In this document: one piece after another, positions 39,330 to 50,525 of the stretch
Position numbering within the stretch: the stretch's first letter is position 1
Layout: each line of letters starts with the position of its first letter
NCBI GenBank assembly: GCA_948436455.1
Contig: CAOJIB010000001.1
Location: 9,525-73,524 of the forward strand
DNA: 64,000 bases
From: an uncultured Blautia sp.
GTDB taxonomy: Bacteria; Bacillota; Clostridia; Lachnospirales; Lachnospiraceae
Direction: 5' to 3'
Program-made: the position numbers and the translations under genes
The notes under the pieces: model-generated
Told to the model about the DNA's origin: nothing
Databases searched by the model: none
What the model saw: only the letters and a program-made list of their open reading frames with translations

Positions 39330-40655
39330 TTAAATGCAATACAAATATTCCTCTAATTCCCACTGGGAAACCCGGGAGAGATACCTCGCCCACTCGTCCT
39401 TTTTCAGCTGTACATAGGTCCGGCAGAAATTCTCCCCCAGCACTTCCCTGACAAAATCATCGCCTTCAAAGGCCTCGATCGCCTCCCCCAGCGTCCGGGG
39501 CAGCTTCGTCAGGCACTCCTTGTCCTTTTCTGAAAGCTCCTCGTACTTGGCAGAAATCGGCGCCGGCGGCAGAAGCTTTCTGCGGATGCCGTCCAGACCG
39601 GCCGCCAGGCAAAGAGCCAGCGTCAAATACGGATTCGCCGACGCGTCCGGCGAACGCAGCTCCACCCGGGCGGCGCTCCCGCGCACCGCGGGAATGCGGA
39701 TCAGGTGCGTCCCGTTCTTCGCCGACCAGGAAACGGCCGTGGGCGCCTCATACCCTGGCTGCAGGCGTTTGTAAGAATTTACCAGCGGATTCGTCACCAG
39801 CGTCATAGCCCGGATGTGCTCCAGCAGCCCGCCGATGAAGGAATACGCCTCCAAGCTCAGACCGTTTTCATCCTTCTCATCTGCGAAAATATTCCGTCCC
39901 TCCCGGCTTAGGGACATGTGCATATGCATACCGGAGCCGTTTTCGCCGCTCTTTGGCTTCGGCATAAAGGTAGCGTGCAGCCCGTGACGCCGGGCGATGG
40001 TGCGCACCGCCATCTTAAAGGTCATCACGTCGTCTGCCGTCTGCAAGCCCTCGGCAAAGCGGAAGTCGATCTCGTGCTGGGCCGGCGCCACCTCGTGGTG
40101 AGAGGATTCAATGAAAAATCCCATATCCTCCAACGTCAGTACCATATCCCGCCGGGCGTTTTCTCCTAAGTCCACGGGACCTATATCTAAATAGCCGGCT
40201 TTCTCATGGCTCAGCGTCGTAGGCCCTCCTGCCTCATCGGTATGGAACAAGAAAAACTCGCACTCCGGACCTACCTGAAAGGCATAGCCCATATCCTGCG
40301 CCTGTGCAAGCACCTTCCGAAAAATATATCGGGAGCTTTCCTCGTATATTGAGCCGTCCGCCCGGTATACATCGCACAGGATACGGGCCACCTTTCCCTG
40401 CTGCGGCCGCCAGGGCAGGATACAAAAGGTACTAAGATCCGGATGCAGGCACAGATCATCCGCGCCGTTCCTGTCAAAGCCTTCGATGGAGCCTCCTTCG
40501 ATCATACACCGGTTATCCAGCGCCTTTTCCAGATTCCGGGACGTAACCGCTATATTTTTCAGAACGCCGAACATATCCGTAAACTGCAGGCGGATGAATT
40601 CCACGTCTTCCTCCTCCACCAGACGCAGGATATGTTCCCTCGTATTATTTACCAT
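39330..40655 (-). CDS. glnA: Type I glutamine synthetase family protein (active-site motifs partly degenerate)
   Basis: FIRLQFTD, GPECEFFLF, HHEVAPAQHE, TFMPKP, PGYEAP, RVELRSPD. Confidence 0.85.
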   Translation of the reverse strand: MVNNTREHILRLVEEEDVEFIRLQFTDMFGVLKNIAVTSRNLEKALDNRCMIEGGSIEGFDRNGADDLCLHPDLSTFCILPWRPQQGKVARILCDVYRADGSIYEESSRYIFRKVLAQAQDMGYAFQVGPECEFFLFHTDEAGGPTTLSHEKAGYLDIGPVDLGENARRDMVLTLEDMGFFIESSHHEVAPAQHEIDFRFAEGLQTADDVMTFKMAVRTIARRHGLHATFMPKPKSGENGSGMHMHMSLSREGRNIFADEKDENGLSLEAYSFIGGLLEHIRAMTLVTNPLVNSYKRLQPGYEAPTAVSWSAKNGTHLIRIPAVRGSAARVELRSPDASANPYLTLALCLAAGLDGIRRKLLPPAPISAKYEELSEKDKECLTKLPRTLGEAIEAFEGDDFVREVLGENFCRTYVQLKKDEWARYLSRVSQWELEEYLYCI

Positions 40656-40830
40656 GGTCGCTCTCCTTTTTTCTTGCTTTTTCCTTACGCCGGCTTCCCC
40701 GCAGCCTTTATGTGCAAGGCACAAAGCGTATATGCCGTTCCCATTTTGCCAAAAATCCAAGGGGACTTCCCAGCAAAACGAAAAATGGCGCACCTATCTC
40801 CTCGATAAGAACGCCCTTGTCCATGAGGGT

Positions 40831-40859
40831 ATTATAGCAACGGGGCCTTTCGTTGTCAA
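40831..40859 (-). promoter_or_regulatory. SigA promoter of glnA-ANTAR-dapL
   Basis: TTGACA-17nt-TATAAT. Confidence 0.85.
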
Positions 40860-40960
40860 TCACTATTTCCTTTCGTTTCCGCAGTTTTTTCGCATATTAC
40901 GACATTTTAAAAAGGAAGCCGCCGCTTTTTTGGCAAAGCTTCCTAATCTAAAATTCTTTT

Positions 40961-42445
40961 TTATAAATTCGTATAGCCCATCAGGGATTGATCCACGGCC
41001 CGGGCCGCCTCCCGGCCCTCCCGAATCGCCCAGACAACTAAGGACTGCCCCCTGTGCATATCGCCCGCGGTAAATACCCGGGACACGGAAGTTTCATAGC
41101 CGTCGGGCTTCGTCGCCACATTTGTCCGGGCGTTACGCTCCACGCCAAAAGCGTCGGCCACGTATTTCTGCGCCCCTAAAAATCCCGCCGCGATCAGCAC
41201 CAGATCCGCCGAAAGAAGCTGCTCGGAGCCCTCCACGGGAACCATCTGCATCCGGCCGCTCTTTTCATCCTTCTGGCTCTTTAGCTTCACGACCTTCGCC
41301 TGGCATACCTCGCCCTTTTTGTTCGCGACAAATTCTGTAACAGTTGTCTGATACATCCGAGGATCCTGGCCGAACAGGGCGATGGCCTCCTCCTGGCCGT
41401 AATCGGTCTTTAAGATCCTGGGCCACTGGGGCCAGGGATTATTCTCCGCCCGCTCTTTGGGAGGCTCCGGCATCATTTCCAATTGAACGACGCTTTTCGC
41501 ACCCAAGCGGATGGCGGTGCCTACGCAGTCGTTTCCCGTATCGCCGCCGCCGATCACCAGGACGTTTTTTCCCTTGGCGGGAATAAATTTCTGATCGGCA
41601 AAATCTGAATCCAGCAGGCTCTTTGTCACGGATTTTAAGAAATCCACTGCAAAATAAATTCCCTTTGCCTCCCTTCCCGGCACCTGGATGTCCCGGGGAT
41701 TGGACGCGCCGCAGGCTAAGATAACCCGGTCGTATTCCTTCAGGAGTGCCCCCGCATCCACATCCGCCCCTACGTCGGCGTTCGTAACGAATGTGATTCC
41801 CTCTTCTTCCATCAGCGCCAGCCGCCGGTCGATGACGCTCTTTTCTAGCTTCATATTTGGAATCCCGTAGCGGAGCAGGCCGCCGATCCGGTCGCTTCTT
41901 TCGTATACCGTCACCAGATGGCCTCTTTTATTGAGCTGCAGGGCTGCCGCCAGGCCGGAGGGACCGCTGCCCACCACCGCGATCTTTTTGCCTGTGCGCA
42001 CTGCGGGAGGGCTGGCCTTTATCCAGCCCTTTTCATAAGCGGTTTCTATGATAGCCCGTTCGTTCTCCTTCGTCGCTACCGGCTCGCCGTGCAGATTACA
42101 GGTACAGGCGGCCTCGCAGAGCGCCGGGCAGACCCTGGAGGTAAATTCCGGAAAGCAGTGGGTTTTCATCAGCCGCCAATAGGCCTGCTGCCAATTCCCC
42201 CCATAAACTAGATCATTCGTCTCCGGCACCAGATTGTGCAACTGGCAGCCGGAAGCCATGCCGCCCAGCATCATCCCCGACTGGCAAAAGGGCACGCCGC
42301 AGGCCATGCACCGGGCGCCCTGCAGCCGCTGCTTTTCCATAGATAAGGGCTGGCGAAACTCATGAAAATGCCTGACGCGGCTTTTGGGATCCTCCACCTT
42401 CGCCGTCTCTCTTTCATATTCTATAAATCCTGTTGGTTTTCCCAT
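40961..42445 (-). CDS. gltD: Glutamate synthase small subunit
   Basis: MGKPTGF, RCMACGVPFC, GSGPSG, GGGDTGNDC, GQSLVVWAI. Confidence 0.96.
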   Translation of the reverse strand: MGKPTGFIEYERETAKVEDPKSRVRHFHEFRQPLSMEKQRLQGARCMACGVPFCQSGMMLGGMASGCQLHNLVPETNDLVYGGNWQQAYWRLMKTHCFPEFTSRVCPALCEAACTCNLHGEPVATKENERAIIETAYEKGWIKASPPAVRTGKKIAVVGSGPSGLAAALQLNKRGHLVTVYERSDRIGGLLRYGIPNMKLEKSVIDRRLALMEEEGITFVTNADVGADVDAGALLKEYDRVILACGASNPRDIQVPGREAKGIYFAVDFLKSVTKSLLDSDFADQKFIPAKGKNVLVIGGGDTGNDCVGTAIRLGAKSVVQLEMMPEPPKERAENNPWPQWPRILKTDYGQEEAIALFGQDPRMYQTTVTEFVANKKGEVCQAKVVKLKSQKDEKSGRMQMVPVEGSEQLLSADLVLIAAGFLGAQKYVADAFGVERNARTNVATKPDGYETSVSRVFTAGDMHRGQSLVVWAIREGREAARAVDQSLMGYTNL

Positions 42446-42459
42446 GACGCCTTTTCCTC

Positions 42460-45400
42460 CTATCTTTCCTTCAGACTTTCATAGAACGCTTCAATCTGCG
42501 CCTGCTGTGTGCTAAGGCCTTTTTCTTCCATCTGGGCGCTAAGCAGCAGCATTCTCTTATAATCGTTCGGAATGATCTTCTTGAATTTCGGCAGATATTC
42601 CCGGAAATGCTCCAGCACCCGCCGCCCTTTTTGCGAGCCCGTAGCCTGCACGTGCGCCTCGATTAGCTCCCGCAGTTCGTTTTCATCGTATTTATTCTCC
42701 ACCTTTTCGATGGAAATCATCGTTTTGTTGATATTCTTATACAACGTGCTGTCTTCGTCCAGTACGTAGGCGATGCCGCCGCTCATACCCGCCGCAAAGT
42801 TCTTGCCGGTTTTTCCAAGGACAACCACGCGTCCGCCAGTCATATATTCGCAGCCGTGCTCGCCGACGCCCTCCACCACGGCGTTGGCCCCGGAATTCCG
42901 GATGCAGAACCGCTCTCCGGCCACGCCGTTAATATAGGCCGCGCCGCTGGTGGCGCCATAGAGAGCCACGTTGCCGACGATGATATTTTCTTCCGCCAGA
43001 AACGACGCGTTTTGGGGCGGATAAACGACCAGCTTTCCGCCGGAAAGCCCCTTGCCAAAGTAATCGTTGCTGTCGCCGCAAAGGGTCAGGGTCAGGCCTC
43101 GGGGAATGAACGCGCCGAAGCTCTGGCCGCCGGCCCCGGTGCACAACACCGTTAACGTATCCTCCGGCAGTCCCTCCTTATGCTCCCGGGTGATCTGCGC
43201 GCCCAGGATTGTTCCAAAGGCCCGGTTCGTATTGCGAACCTCCACTTGAATAGTCTTCTTCTCTCCCTTTGTCAAGGCGCCGCCCAATTTCTTTAAAAGC
43301 ACCCGCTCGTCCAGGGTTTTTTCCAGGCCGAAATCATAGACCTTCGCCGGATCAAAGATCCCTCTTTCTCCCGCGTAGGGATTTTCCAGGATGGCGCCAA
43401 GATCCGCCCGGCTGTCCTTTTTCACCTGTAAAAGGTCGGTGCGTCCCACCATCTCGTCGATGGTGCGCACGCCCAGCTTCGCCATATATTCCCGCAGCTC
43501 CCGGGCCATGAACCGCATATAATTCTCCACGTATTCGGGCTTTCCGCGAAAACGCTTCCGAAGCTTAGGATTCTGGGTGGCGACGCCCACGGGACAGGTG
43601 TCCAGATTGCAGACGCGCATCATCACACAGCCCATGGCCACCAGTGGCCCGGTGGCAAAACCGTATTCCTCCGCGCCCAAAAGGGCGGCCACCGCCACAT
43701 CCCGGCCGCTCATCAGCTTGCCGTCCGTCTCGATGACAACCCGGCTGCGCAGGCCATTCATCAGAAGCGTCTGATGGGTTTCCGCCAGCCCCAGCTCCCA
43801 GGGAAGTCCCGCATGGTGGATCGAGCTTCGAGGCGCCGCGCCGGTCCCTCCATCATAGCCGGAAATCAAAATCACCTGGGCGCCGGCTTTGGCTACGCCG
43901 GCAGCGACGGTACCCACGCCGGCCTCCGATACCAGCTTGACCGAGATCCGGGCGTATTTGTTGGCGTTTTTCAGATCGTAGATCAACTGGGCCAGATCCT
44001 CGATGGAGTAAATGTCGTGGTGCGGCGGCGGGGAGATCAGGCTGACGCCCGGCGTGGAATGCCGGGTCTTGGCGATCCAGGGATAGACCTTTTTAGCCGG
44101 AAGATGCCCGCCCTCGCCTGGTTTCGCCCCCTGGGCCATCTTGATCTGGATTTCCTTGGCCGACACCAGATAGCGACTGGTCACGCCGAATCGCCCGGAG
44201 GCCACCTGCTTGATGGCGGAACAGCGATCCTCTTTCGTTCCCGCGGAATCTAAACGCTCGTCGCTCTCTCCGCCTTCGCCGGTATTGGATTTCCCGTGGA
44301 GCCGGTTCATGGCGATGGCCAGCGTTTCATGAGCTTCCTGGGAAATGGAGCCGTACGACATGGCCCCCGTCTTGAACCGCTGTACGATCGAATCCACGCT
44401 TTCCACCTCTTCTAAGGGCACGCCCTCTTCGGGAAAGGCAAATTCCAGTTGATGGCGCAGGCAGCCGGACTGCTCCCGATCCACCAGCTGCGTATATTCC
44501 TTGAACAGCTCGTAGCTTCCCTGGCGGGTCGACTCCTGGAGCAAATGGATCGTCTGGGGATTGTACCGGTGGTCCTCGCCCTGGCTGCGCATTTTATGCC
44601 TTCCCACGCTGTCCAGCGTCAGATCTGTGCCAAGACCCAGCGGATCGAATGCCTGGGAATGACGGCTGTCCACATCCTGCTCGATATCCTCCAGGGTAAT
44701 CCCGCCAATGCGGCTGACCGTATTGGTAAAATACTTATCGATCACTTCCTCGGAAATGCCGATGGCCTCGAAGATCTGCGCGCCCTGGTAGGACTGGATT
44801 GTGGAAATTCCCATCTTGGAGGCAATCTTTACAATGCCATCCAGCACCGCGTGGGTGTAATCGTCCACCGCCGCGTAGTAATCTTTTTCCAGCATATTTT
44901 CCTGGATTAGCTCCCGGATCGTATCCTGCACCAGATAGGGATTGACGGCGCAAGCGCCGTAGCCAAGAAGGGTAGCGAAGTGATGCACTTCCCTGGGCTC
45001 GCCGGATTCCAGGATCACGGCCAGGGACGTCCGCTTCTTCGTCTTTACCAGATGCTGATGCACGGCGGAGACGGCCAATAGGGAGGGAATCGGCATATGG
45101 TTTTCATCCACGCCCCGATCGGACAGCACCAGGATATTCGCACCCTCCCGATACGCCTTGTCCACCTCCACAAACAGCCGGTCGATGGCCCGCTCCAGCT
45201 TCGTGCTCTTATAGAAAGTGATCGGCACCACCGCCACCTGGAAGCCCTCCACCTGCATGTTCTTGATCTTTAGCATGTCCGTGTTGGTCAAGATCGGCTG
45301 ATTGATCTTTAGCACCTGGCAGTTTTCAGGGCGTTCTTCTAAGAGATTGCCGTCTCTTCCCACGTAAACCGTCGTGCTGGTGACGATCTTTTCCCGGTTC

Positions 45401-46977
45401 GCGTCGATGGGCGGATTCGTCACCTGGGCGAACAATTGCTTGAAATAGTGGAACAGGGGCTGGTGTTCCTGGGAAAATACCGGCAGCGGCGTATCGATGC
45501 CCATCGCGCTGATCCCCTCGGCCCCCTGCAGCGCCATATGGCGGATCGACGTCCTGTATTCCTCGTAGGTATAACCGAAGGCCTTCTGCTGCTGAAAGAG
45601 CGCTTCCCCGGTAAATTCTTCGTATCTCTTATTGGGGATCTTCAAATTTTTCAATTCTACCAGACGGCTGTCCAGCCATTCCCCATAAGGCTGCCGCTGG
45701 GCGTAGGACTGCTTGAGCTCCTCATCCTGGAGCACCTTTCCCTGCACCGTATCCACCAGCAGCATTTTCCCCGGATGAAGACGTTCCTTTAAGACGATCT
45801 TCTCGGCCGGTATCTCCAGAACGCCCACCTCGGAGGAAAGGATCAGCTCCCCATCGTTGGTAATATAATACCGGGAAGGACGAAGGCCGTTCCGATCCAG
45901 CACCGCGCCCACCACGTCGCCGTCGGAAAAGAGGATCGAAGCCGGGCCGTCCCAGGGCTCCATCATCGTAGCGTAGTACTGATAAAAATCCCGCTTCTCC
46001 TGAGAAAGCGTCTGGTTATTAGCCCAGGGCTCCGGCAAGGTAATCATCACCGCCAGCGGCAGATCCATCCCGCTCATCACCAGAAATTCCAGCGTATTAT
46101 CCAGCATCGCCGAGTCGGAGCCGTTGACATTGACCACCGGCAGAACCTTGTGCAGCTCCCCTTTCAGGCAACTTGCCTCCATCGTCTCTTCTCTGGCCAG
46201 CATCTTATCCGCGTTTCCCCGGATCGTGTTGATTTCTCCATTATGTACGATCAGCCGGTTGGGATGCGCCCGCTCCCAGCTTGGGTTCGTATTGGTACTA
46301 AACCGGGAATGCACCACGGCGATGGCCGATTCATACGCCGCGCTTTGCAGATCCAAAAAGAAGGTGCGCAACTGCCCCACCAGAAACATGCCTTTATAGA
46401 CGATCGTACGGCTGGACATGGAAACGACGTACGTATTGTCGTTGCTCTGCTCGAATTCCCGTCGGGCGATATACAGCCGCCGGTCGAAATCCAGACCCGC
46501 CGGCACCTCCGCCGGCTTCTGGATAAATGCCTGCATAATACAGGGCATACATTCCCTGGCTTTGTGCCCCAGCACTTCCGGATACGTGGGCACCTTGCGC
46601 CAGCCAAGGAGCTGTAAGCCCTCCTTTTCCAAAATAATCTCGAACATCTTTTTCGCCTGGTTGCGCTTTAGCTCGTCCGTGGGAAAGAACAGCATCCCCA
46701 CGCCGTATTCCCGCTCTGCCCCCAGGGAAATTCCCAGCTTTTTACAGACGTCCGTAAAAAACCTGTGGGAAATCTGCAAAAGGATTCCCACGCCGTCGCC
46801 GGTCTTTCCTTCCGCGTCTTTGCCGGCGCGATGCTCCAGATTCTCCACGATCTTCAACGCGTTTTCCACCGTCCGATGGGTTTTCTTTCCTTTAATATTT
46901 ACCACCGCGCCAACGCCGCAGTTGTCATGTTCAAATGCCGGCCGGTACAGGCCCGGCGTCTTCTCCCCTGCTCTCAT
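42460..46977 (-). CDS. gltB: Glutamate synthase large subunit
   Basis: [42 protein letters not shown]-terminal domain. Confidence 0.98.
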   Translation of the reverse strand: MRAGEKTPGLYRPAFEHDNCGVGAVVNIKGKKTHRTVENALKIVENLEHRAGKDAEGKTGDGVGILLQISHRFFTDVCKKLGISLGAEREYGVGMLFFPTDELKRNQAKKMFEIILEKEGLQLLGWRKVPTYPEVLGHKARECMPCIMQAFIQKPAEVPAGLDFDRRLYIARREFEQSNDNTYVVSMSSRTIVYKGMFLVGQLRTFFLDLQSAAYESAIAVVHSRFSTNTNPSWERAHPNRLIVHNGEINTIRGNADKMLAREETMEASCLKGELHKVLPVVNVNGSDSAMLDNTLEFLVMSGMDLPLAVMITLPEPWANNQTLSQEKRDFYQYYATMMEPWDGPASILFSDGDVVGAVLDRNGLRPSRYYITNDGELILSSEVGVLEIPAEKIVLKERLHPGKMLLVDTVQGKVLQDEELKQSYAQRQPYGEWLDSRLVELKNLKIPNKRYEEFTGEALFQQQKAFGYTYEEYRTSIRHMALQGAEGISAMGIDTPLPVFSQEHQPLFHYFKQLFAQVTNPPIDANREKIVTSTTVYVGRDGNLLEERPENCQVLKINQPILTNTDMLKIKNMQVEGFQVAVVPITFYKSTKLERAIDRLFVEVDKAYREGANILVLSDRGVDENHMPIPSLLAVSAVHQHLVKTKKRTSLAVILESGEPREVHHFATLLGYGACAVNPYLVQDTIRELIQENMLEKDYYAAVDDYTHAVLDGIVKIASKMGISTIQSYQGAQIFEAIGISEEVIDKYFTNTVSRIGGITLEDIEQDVDSRHSQAFDPLGLGTDLTLDSVGRHKMRSQGEDHRYNPQTIHLLQESTRQGSYELFKEYTQLVDREQSGCLRHQLEFAFPEEGVPLEEVESVDSIVQRFKTGAMSYGSISQEAHETLAIAMNRLHGKSNTGEGGESDERLDSAGTKEDRCSAIKQVASGRFGVTSRYLVSAKEIQIKMAQGAKPGEGGHLPAKKVYPWIAKTRHSTPGVSLISPPPHHDIYSIEDLAQLIYDLKNANKYARISVKLVSEAGVGTVAAGVAKAGAQVILISGYDGGTGAAPRSSIHHAGLPWELGLAETHQTLLMNGLRSRVVIETDGKLMSGRDVAVAALLGAEEYGFATGPLVAMGCVMMRVCNLDTCPVGVATQNPKLRKRFRGKPEYVENYMRFMARELREYMAKLGVRTIDEMVGRTDLLQVKKDSRADLGAILENPYAGERGIFDPAKVYDFGLEKTLDERVLLKKLGGALTKGEKKTIQVEVRNTNRAFGTILGAQITREHKEGLPEDTLTVLCTGAGGQSFGAFIPRGLTLTLCGDSNDYFGKGLSGGKLVVYPPQNASFLAEENIIVGNVALYGATSGAAYINGVAGERFCIRNSGANAVVEGVGEHGCEYMTGGRVVVLGKTGKNFAAGMSGGIAYVLDEDSTLYKNINKTMISIEKVENKYDENELRELIEAHVQATGSQKGRRVLEHFREYLPKFKKIIPNDYKRMLLLSAQMEEKGLSTQQAQIEAFYESLKER

Positions 46978-48599
46978 TGCTCCTCCACGTCCTTTCTGTT
47001 CCTCTGATATTTCGCCGCCGCCGCGACCAGCCCGCTAAAAAGTGGATGGGCCCGGTTGGGCCGGGACTTAAATTCCGGATGACCCTGCGTCCCGACAAAA
47101 AACGGATGGCCGGGCAGCTCGATCATCTCCACGATCCGCCCGTCCGGCGACAGGCCGGAGAGGCAAAGCCCCTTTTCTTCTAAAAGCTGCCGATACTCAT
47201 TATTCACCTCATAGCGATGCCGATGCCGCTCCTGGATATCCTCCGTTTTGTACAGCTCCCTGGCCAGGCTGCCGCTTCGCAGCTTACATGGATACGCACC
47301 CAGCCGCAGCGTGCCGCCCAAATCCTCCACGCCGTTTTGCTCCGGCAAAAGCGCGATCACCGGATGGGGCGTATCCGGATCCAGCTCCGCGCTGTTGGCG
47401 TCCGAACATCCCAGCGCGTACCGAGCAAATTCCACGATTGCCATCTGCATACCCAGACAGATCCCGAGAAAAGGAATCTGCTGCCGCCGGGCAAAGCCGG
47501 CCGCCGCCGCCATCCCTTCCGTCCCCCGGACGCCAAAGCCTCCGGGAACCAGGATACCGTCCGCCTCCCCCAAATAAGCCGGGCAGTTCTTTCGGGTCAG
47601 CACCTCCGCGTCCACCCACTGGATCTCCACCCGGGCCCGGCTGGCGATACCGCCGTGTTTCAACGCCTCTACCACGCTTAAATACGCGTCGTGAAGCTGA
47701 ATATATTTCCCTACCAGCGCGATTTTTACAAGCCTTTCGGGATGCTTTAAGGCTTCCACCATCGTTTCCCAGTCGCGCAGATCCGATCTTCTATCCGGCA
47801 AATGCAGGCATTCGCAGACCGCCTGGGCCAAATGCTCCTTTTCCATGGCCAGCGGCGCCTCGTACAGATATTCCACGTCCAGATTCTGCAGCACCCGATG
47901 GGGCGGCACGTTGCAGAACAGGGAAATCTTTTCCCGAAGCTCTACGCCAAGAGGCAGCTCCGAGCGGCACACCAGGATATCCGGCCGGATACCCATCCCC
48001 TGCAATTCCTTTACGCTGGCCTGGGTAGGCTTCGTCTTCATCTCCTGGGAAGCCTTCAAATACGGGATCAGCGTCACATGGATCAGAATCACGTTTTCCC
48101 GGCCCACGTCGTGCTGAAACTGACGGATCGCTTCCAGAAAGGGCTGGCTTTCGATATCGCCCACCGTGCCGCCCACCTCGATGATCGCGATCCGTTCCTC
48201 GTTTGGATCCTTTGCCCGGTAAAACCGGCTCTTGATCTCGTTGGTGATATGGGGGATCACCTGCACCGTGCCTCCGCCAAAATCTCCATGACGCTCCTTT
48301 TGCAGCACCGACCAGTAGATCTTTCCCGTAGTCACATTGGAATTCCTATCCAGATTTTCATCGATAAACCGTTCGTAATGCCCCAGATCCAGATCGGTTT
48401 CCGTTCCGTCCTCCGTCACAAAAACCTCTCCATGCTGTATGGGATTCATCGTTCCCGGATCAATATTGATGTAGGGATCAAACTTCTGCATCGTCACCGA
48501 AAATCCCCGGGCCTTTAAAAGCCTTCCCAGGGACGCCGCCGTGATCCCTTTGCCCAGTCCGGACACCACGCCGCCCGTCACAAAAACGTACTTAATCAT
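46974..48599 (-). CDS. pyrG: CTP synthase
   Basis: [44 protein letters not shown]. Confidence 0.97.
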   Translation of the reverse strand: MIKYVFVTGGVVSGLGKGITAASLGRLLKARGFSVTMQKFDPYINIDPGTMNPIQHGEVFVTEDGTETDLDLGHYERFIDENLDRNSNVTTGKIYWSVLQKERHGDFGGGTVQVIPHITNEIKSRFYRAKDPNEERIAIIEVGGTVGDIESQPFLEAIRQFQHDVGRENVILIHVTLIPYLKASQEMKTKPTQASVKELQGMGIRPDILVCRSELPLGVELREKISLFCNVPPHRVLQNLDVEYLYEAPLAMEKEHLAQAVCECLHLPDRRSDLRDWETMVEALKHPERLVKIALVGKYIQLHDAYLSVVEALKHGGIASRARVEIQWVDAEVLTRKNCPAYLGEADGILVPGGFGVRGTEGMAAAAGFARRQQIPFLGICLGMQMAIVEFARYALGCSDANSAELDPDTPHPVIALLPEQNGVEDLGGTLRLGAYPCKLRSGSLARELYKTEDIQERHRHRYEVNNEYRQLLEEKGLCLSGLSPDGRIVEMIELPGHPFFVGTQGHPEFKSRPNRAHPLFSGLVAAAAKYQRNRKDVEEQ

Positions 48600-48636
48600 G
48601 CTCCTCCTCCCCTTCGCCGCGCATTTTTGTCGCAAA

Positions 48637-48740
48637 AGAAAAAAGCGCCAAAGGAATATAGCGGGAAAACCCGATACATTCCTTTGACGCCTTCGTCAAT
48701 TAATCCTGTTTACTATAGCGCATAATGCCGCGTTTGTAAA
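48637..48740 (-). promoter_or_regulatory. Promoter plus ANTAR-type attenuator leader of pyrG-gltBD
   Basis: TTTACA-17nt-TATAGT; hairpin UUGAC-GAAGGC-GUCAA overlapping the terminator stem GGCGUCAAAGGAAU...AUUCCUUUGGCGCU-U run. Confidence 0.65.
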
Positions 48741-48842
48741 TCCCCAAAAGAAATTTTTTCATGGAAATCTACTAGAAATTCTTTCAGAATATTCTAGTCT
48801 GTTTCTTCACCGTCCGGCCAATAGACTCGTCTCCGACTTGGC

Positions 48843-48890
48843 AAAAAAGCCCGATCTGCAGGGGCCTTTTTCCTTACAAATCGGGCTTTC
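48843..48890 (-). terminator. Terminator of the polyol catabolic operon
   Basis: AAAGCCCGAT...ATCGGGCTTT with a T run on the minus strand. Confidence 0.7.
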
Positions 48891-48932
48891 ATTCTCTAAA
48901 TTATAAAGATTTACGGTGCAGCCGTGCGCTTC

Positions 48933-50459
48933 CTACTTCGCAACCTCCGCCAGCCGCACATAATACGGATGCAGTTCCTTCACAAATTGACGGTACAGCT
49001 CTTTATATTTTCCATAGATCTTATGCTTTTCCATATCCGGCGTAAAGACCTTCTCAATTCCTACGAATCTCTCGGCCGTTTCCTTCAGATCCGGGAATAC
49101 GCCGATGCCATGGCCGGCCAAAATCGCCGCGCCCCAAAGAGCGATATCCTCCCGATTCAGCTTCTGGAACGTGCAGCCGGTCACATCCGCCAGCATCTGT
49201 GTCCAGAAAGAGGACTTCGCGCCGCCGCCGATGATCTTGATCGTATCCAGAGTATATTCCGGATATTTCGCCGCCACCCGATCCACCGTCAACGCCAGAT
49301 CATAGGAGAAGGATTCCAAAAGCGAACGATAGAAATGGCCTTTTCCATGGGCCCAGTTATGCCCCATCCACATACCCCGCAGATCTCCGTCGTAAGGCAT
49401 GGAGCTTCCGCCCATCAGGCCAATGGCCAGCACGCCGTCGCTTCCCGGCGGTATTTCGGCCGCCAGCGCCTCCAGCTCGGCGAACGCCTCTTTTTTATCC
49501 TTCGAGGCGGCGAATTTCTCCGCAAACCAGTCCAGGGAAATCCCGGAACCGGCGATATATTTATGAGCGTAGAGCGTATGGATCGAGGAACCAATGATCC
49601 CGTCGAAATAATGTTCCTCCCGGTCTGGGCGGTAATCCTCCACCGTACAACTAAAGCCGCCGTAGGAGCCGGCCTCGAAGATCATATCCCCGATATTCTG
49701 AATGCCCGCGCCCACGCAGCCGGCCACCTTGTCGCCGGCGCCCGCTACCAGCGGGATACCCGCCTTCAAGCCGGTCTCTTTCGCCATCGCTTCGCACAGC
49801 TTTCCGCAAACGGCGCTGGAATCTACGATTCTGGGCAGGTATTTTTTGTCCATTCCCAACTTTTCACAGAGAATATCGGACCATTTTCCCTGACGAACGT
49901 CCGCCATACCGGACCAGGCGATCAAAGAGCCGTCGATGGCCGCCTCCTCGATAGGCATCTGACTCAATTTTCCCAGAACGTAGCCGCTGATCATCACACA
50001 CTTGGCAATGCGCTTGGCTTCCTCGGGAAAATCATGACAAAACCATTCGAATTTCGAACACATCTGCGGAGCGTTGGTGCCGCTGATCTCCAGGAAATCG
50101 TCGGCAAATTCTCGCATCTGCCGGTCGGCAAAGGGAATATAACGGGTGTCCACCGAGCAGGACCAGGTGGTCACGTCGTTCCAGTCCTTATCTACCGCCA
50201 TAAATCCGGCCATCTGTCCGGTAAAGGCCATCGCTTCTATATTCGCAGCCCGCTCGCCGAGCTGCTGCGTGCCCTTCTTGATGCATCGAAGCACAGAGCC
50301 GAACAGCTCCTCGCCCCGCTGAATAAAGACTCCCGGCCTGGGGCGTTCGTCCTTCACCGGCTCGCTGGCGCTTACGATGCAGTTGCTCTGCGTATCATAC
50401 ACGCCGGCCTTGATGAAGCTCGTCCCCAGATCCACCGTCATAAAAAGAACTTCTTTCAT
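48933..50459 (-). CDS. FGGY family carbohydrate kinase (xylulokinase-like)
   Basis: VDLGTSFIKA, FTGQM, AGAGD, IGGGAKS..WTQMLAD. Confidence 0.9.
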   Translation of the reverse strand: MKEVLFMTVDLGTSFIKAGVYDTQSNCIVSASEPVKDERPRPGVFIQRGEELFGSVLRCIKKGTQQLGERAANIEAMAFTGQMAGFMAVDKDWNDVTTWSCSVDTRYIPFADRQMREFADDFLEISGTNAPQMCSKFEWFCHDFPEEAKRIAKCVMISGYVLGKLSQMPIEEAAIDGSLIAWSGMADVRQGKWSDILCEKLGMDKKYLPRIVDSSAVCGKLCEAMAKETGLKAGIPLVAGAGDKVAGCVGAGIQNIGDMIFEAGSYGGFSCTVEDYRPDREEHYFDGIIGSSIHTLYAHKYIAGSGISLDWFAEKFAASKDKKEAFAELEALAAEIPPGSDGVLAIGLMGGSSMPYDGDLRGMWMGHNWAHGKGHFYRSLLESFSYDLALTVDRVAAKYPEYTLDTIKIIGGGAKSSFWTQMLADVTGCTFQKLNREDIALWGAAILAGHGIGVFPDLKETAERFVGIEKVFTPDMEKHKIYGKYKELYRQFVKELHPYYVRLAEVAK

Positions 50460-50525
50460 AAATTTTCTGCTCCTTTCTCCCGACAGATCCAGACAAAACC
50501 CGACGGGCCGCCGCTCTTTTCTTGG

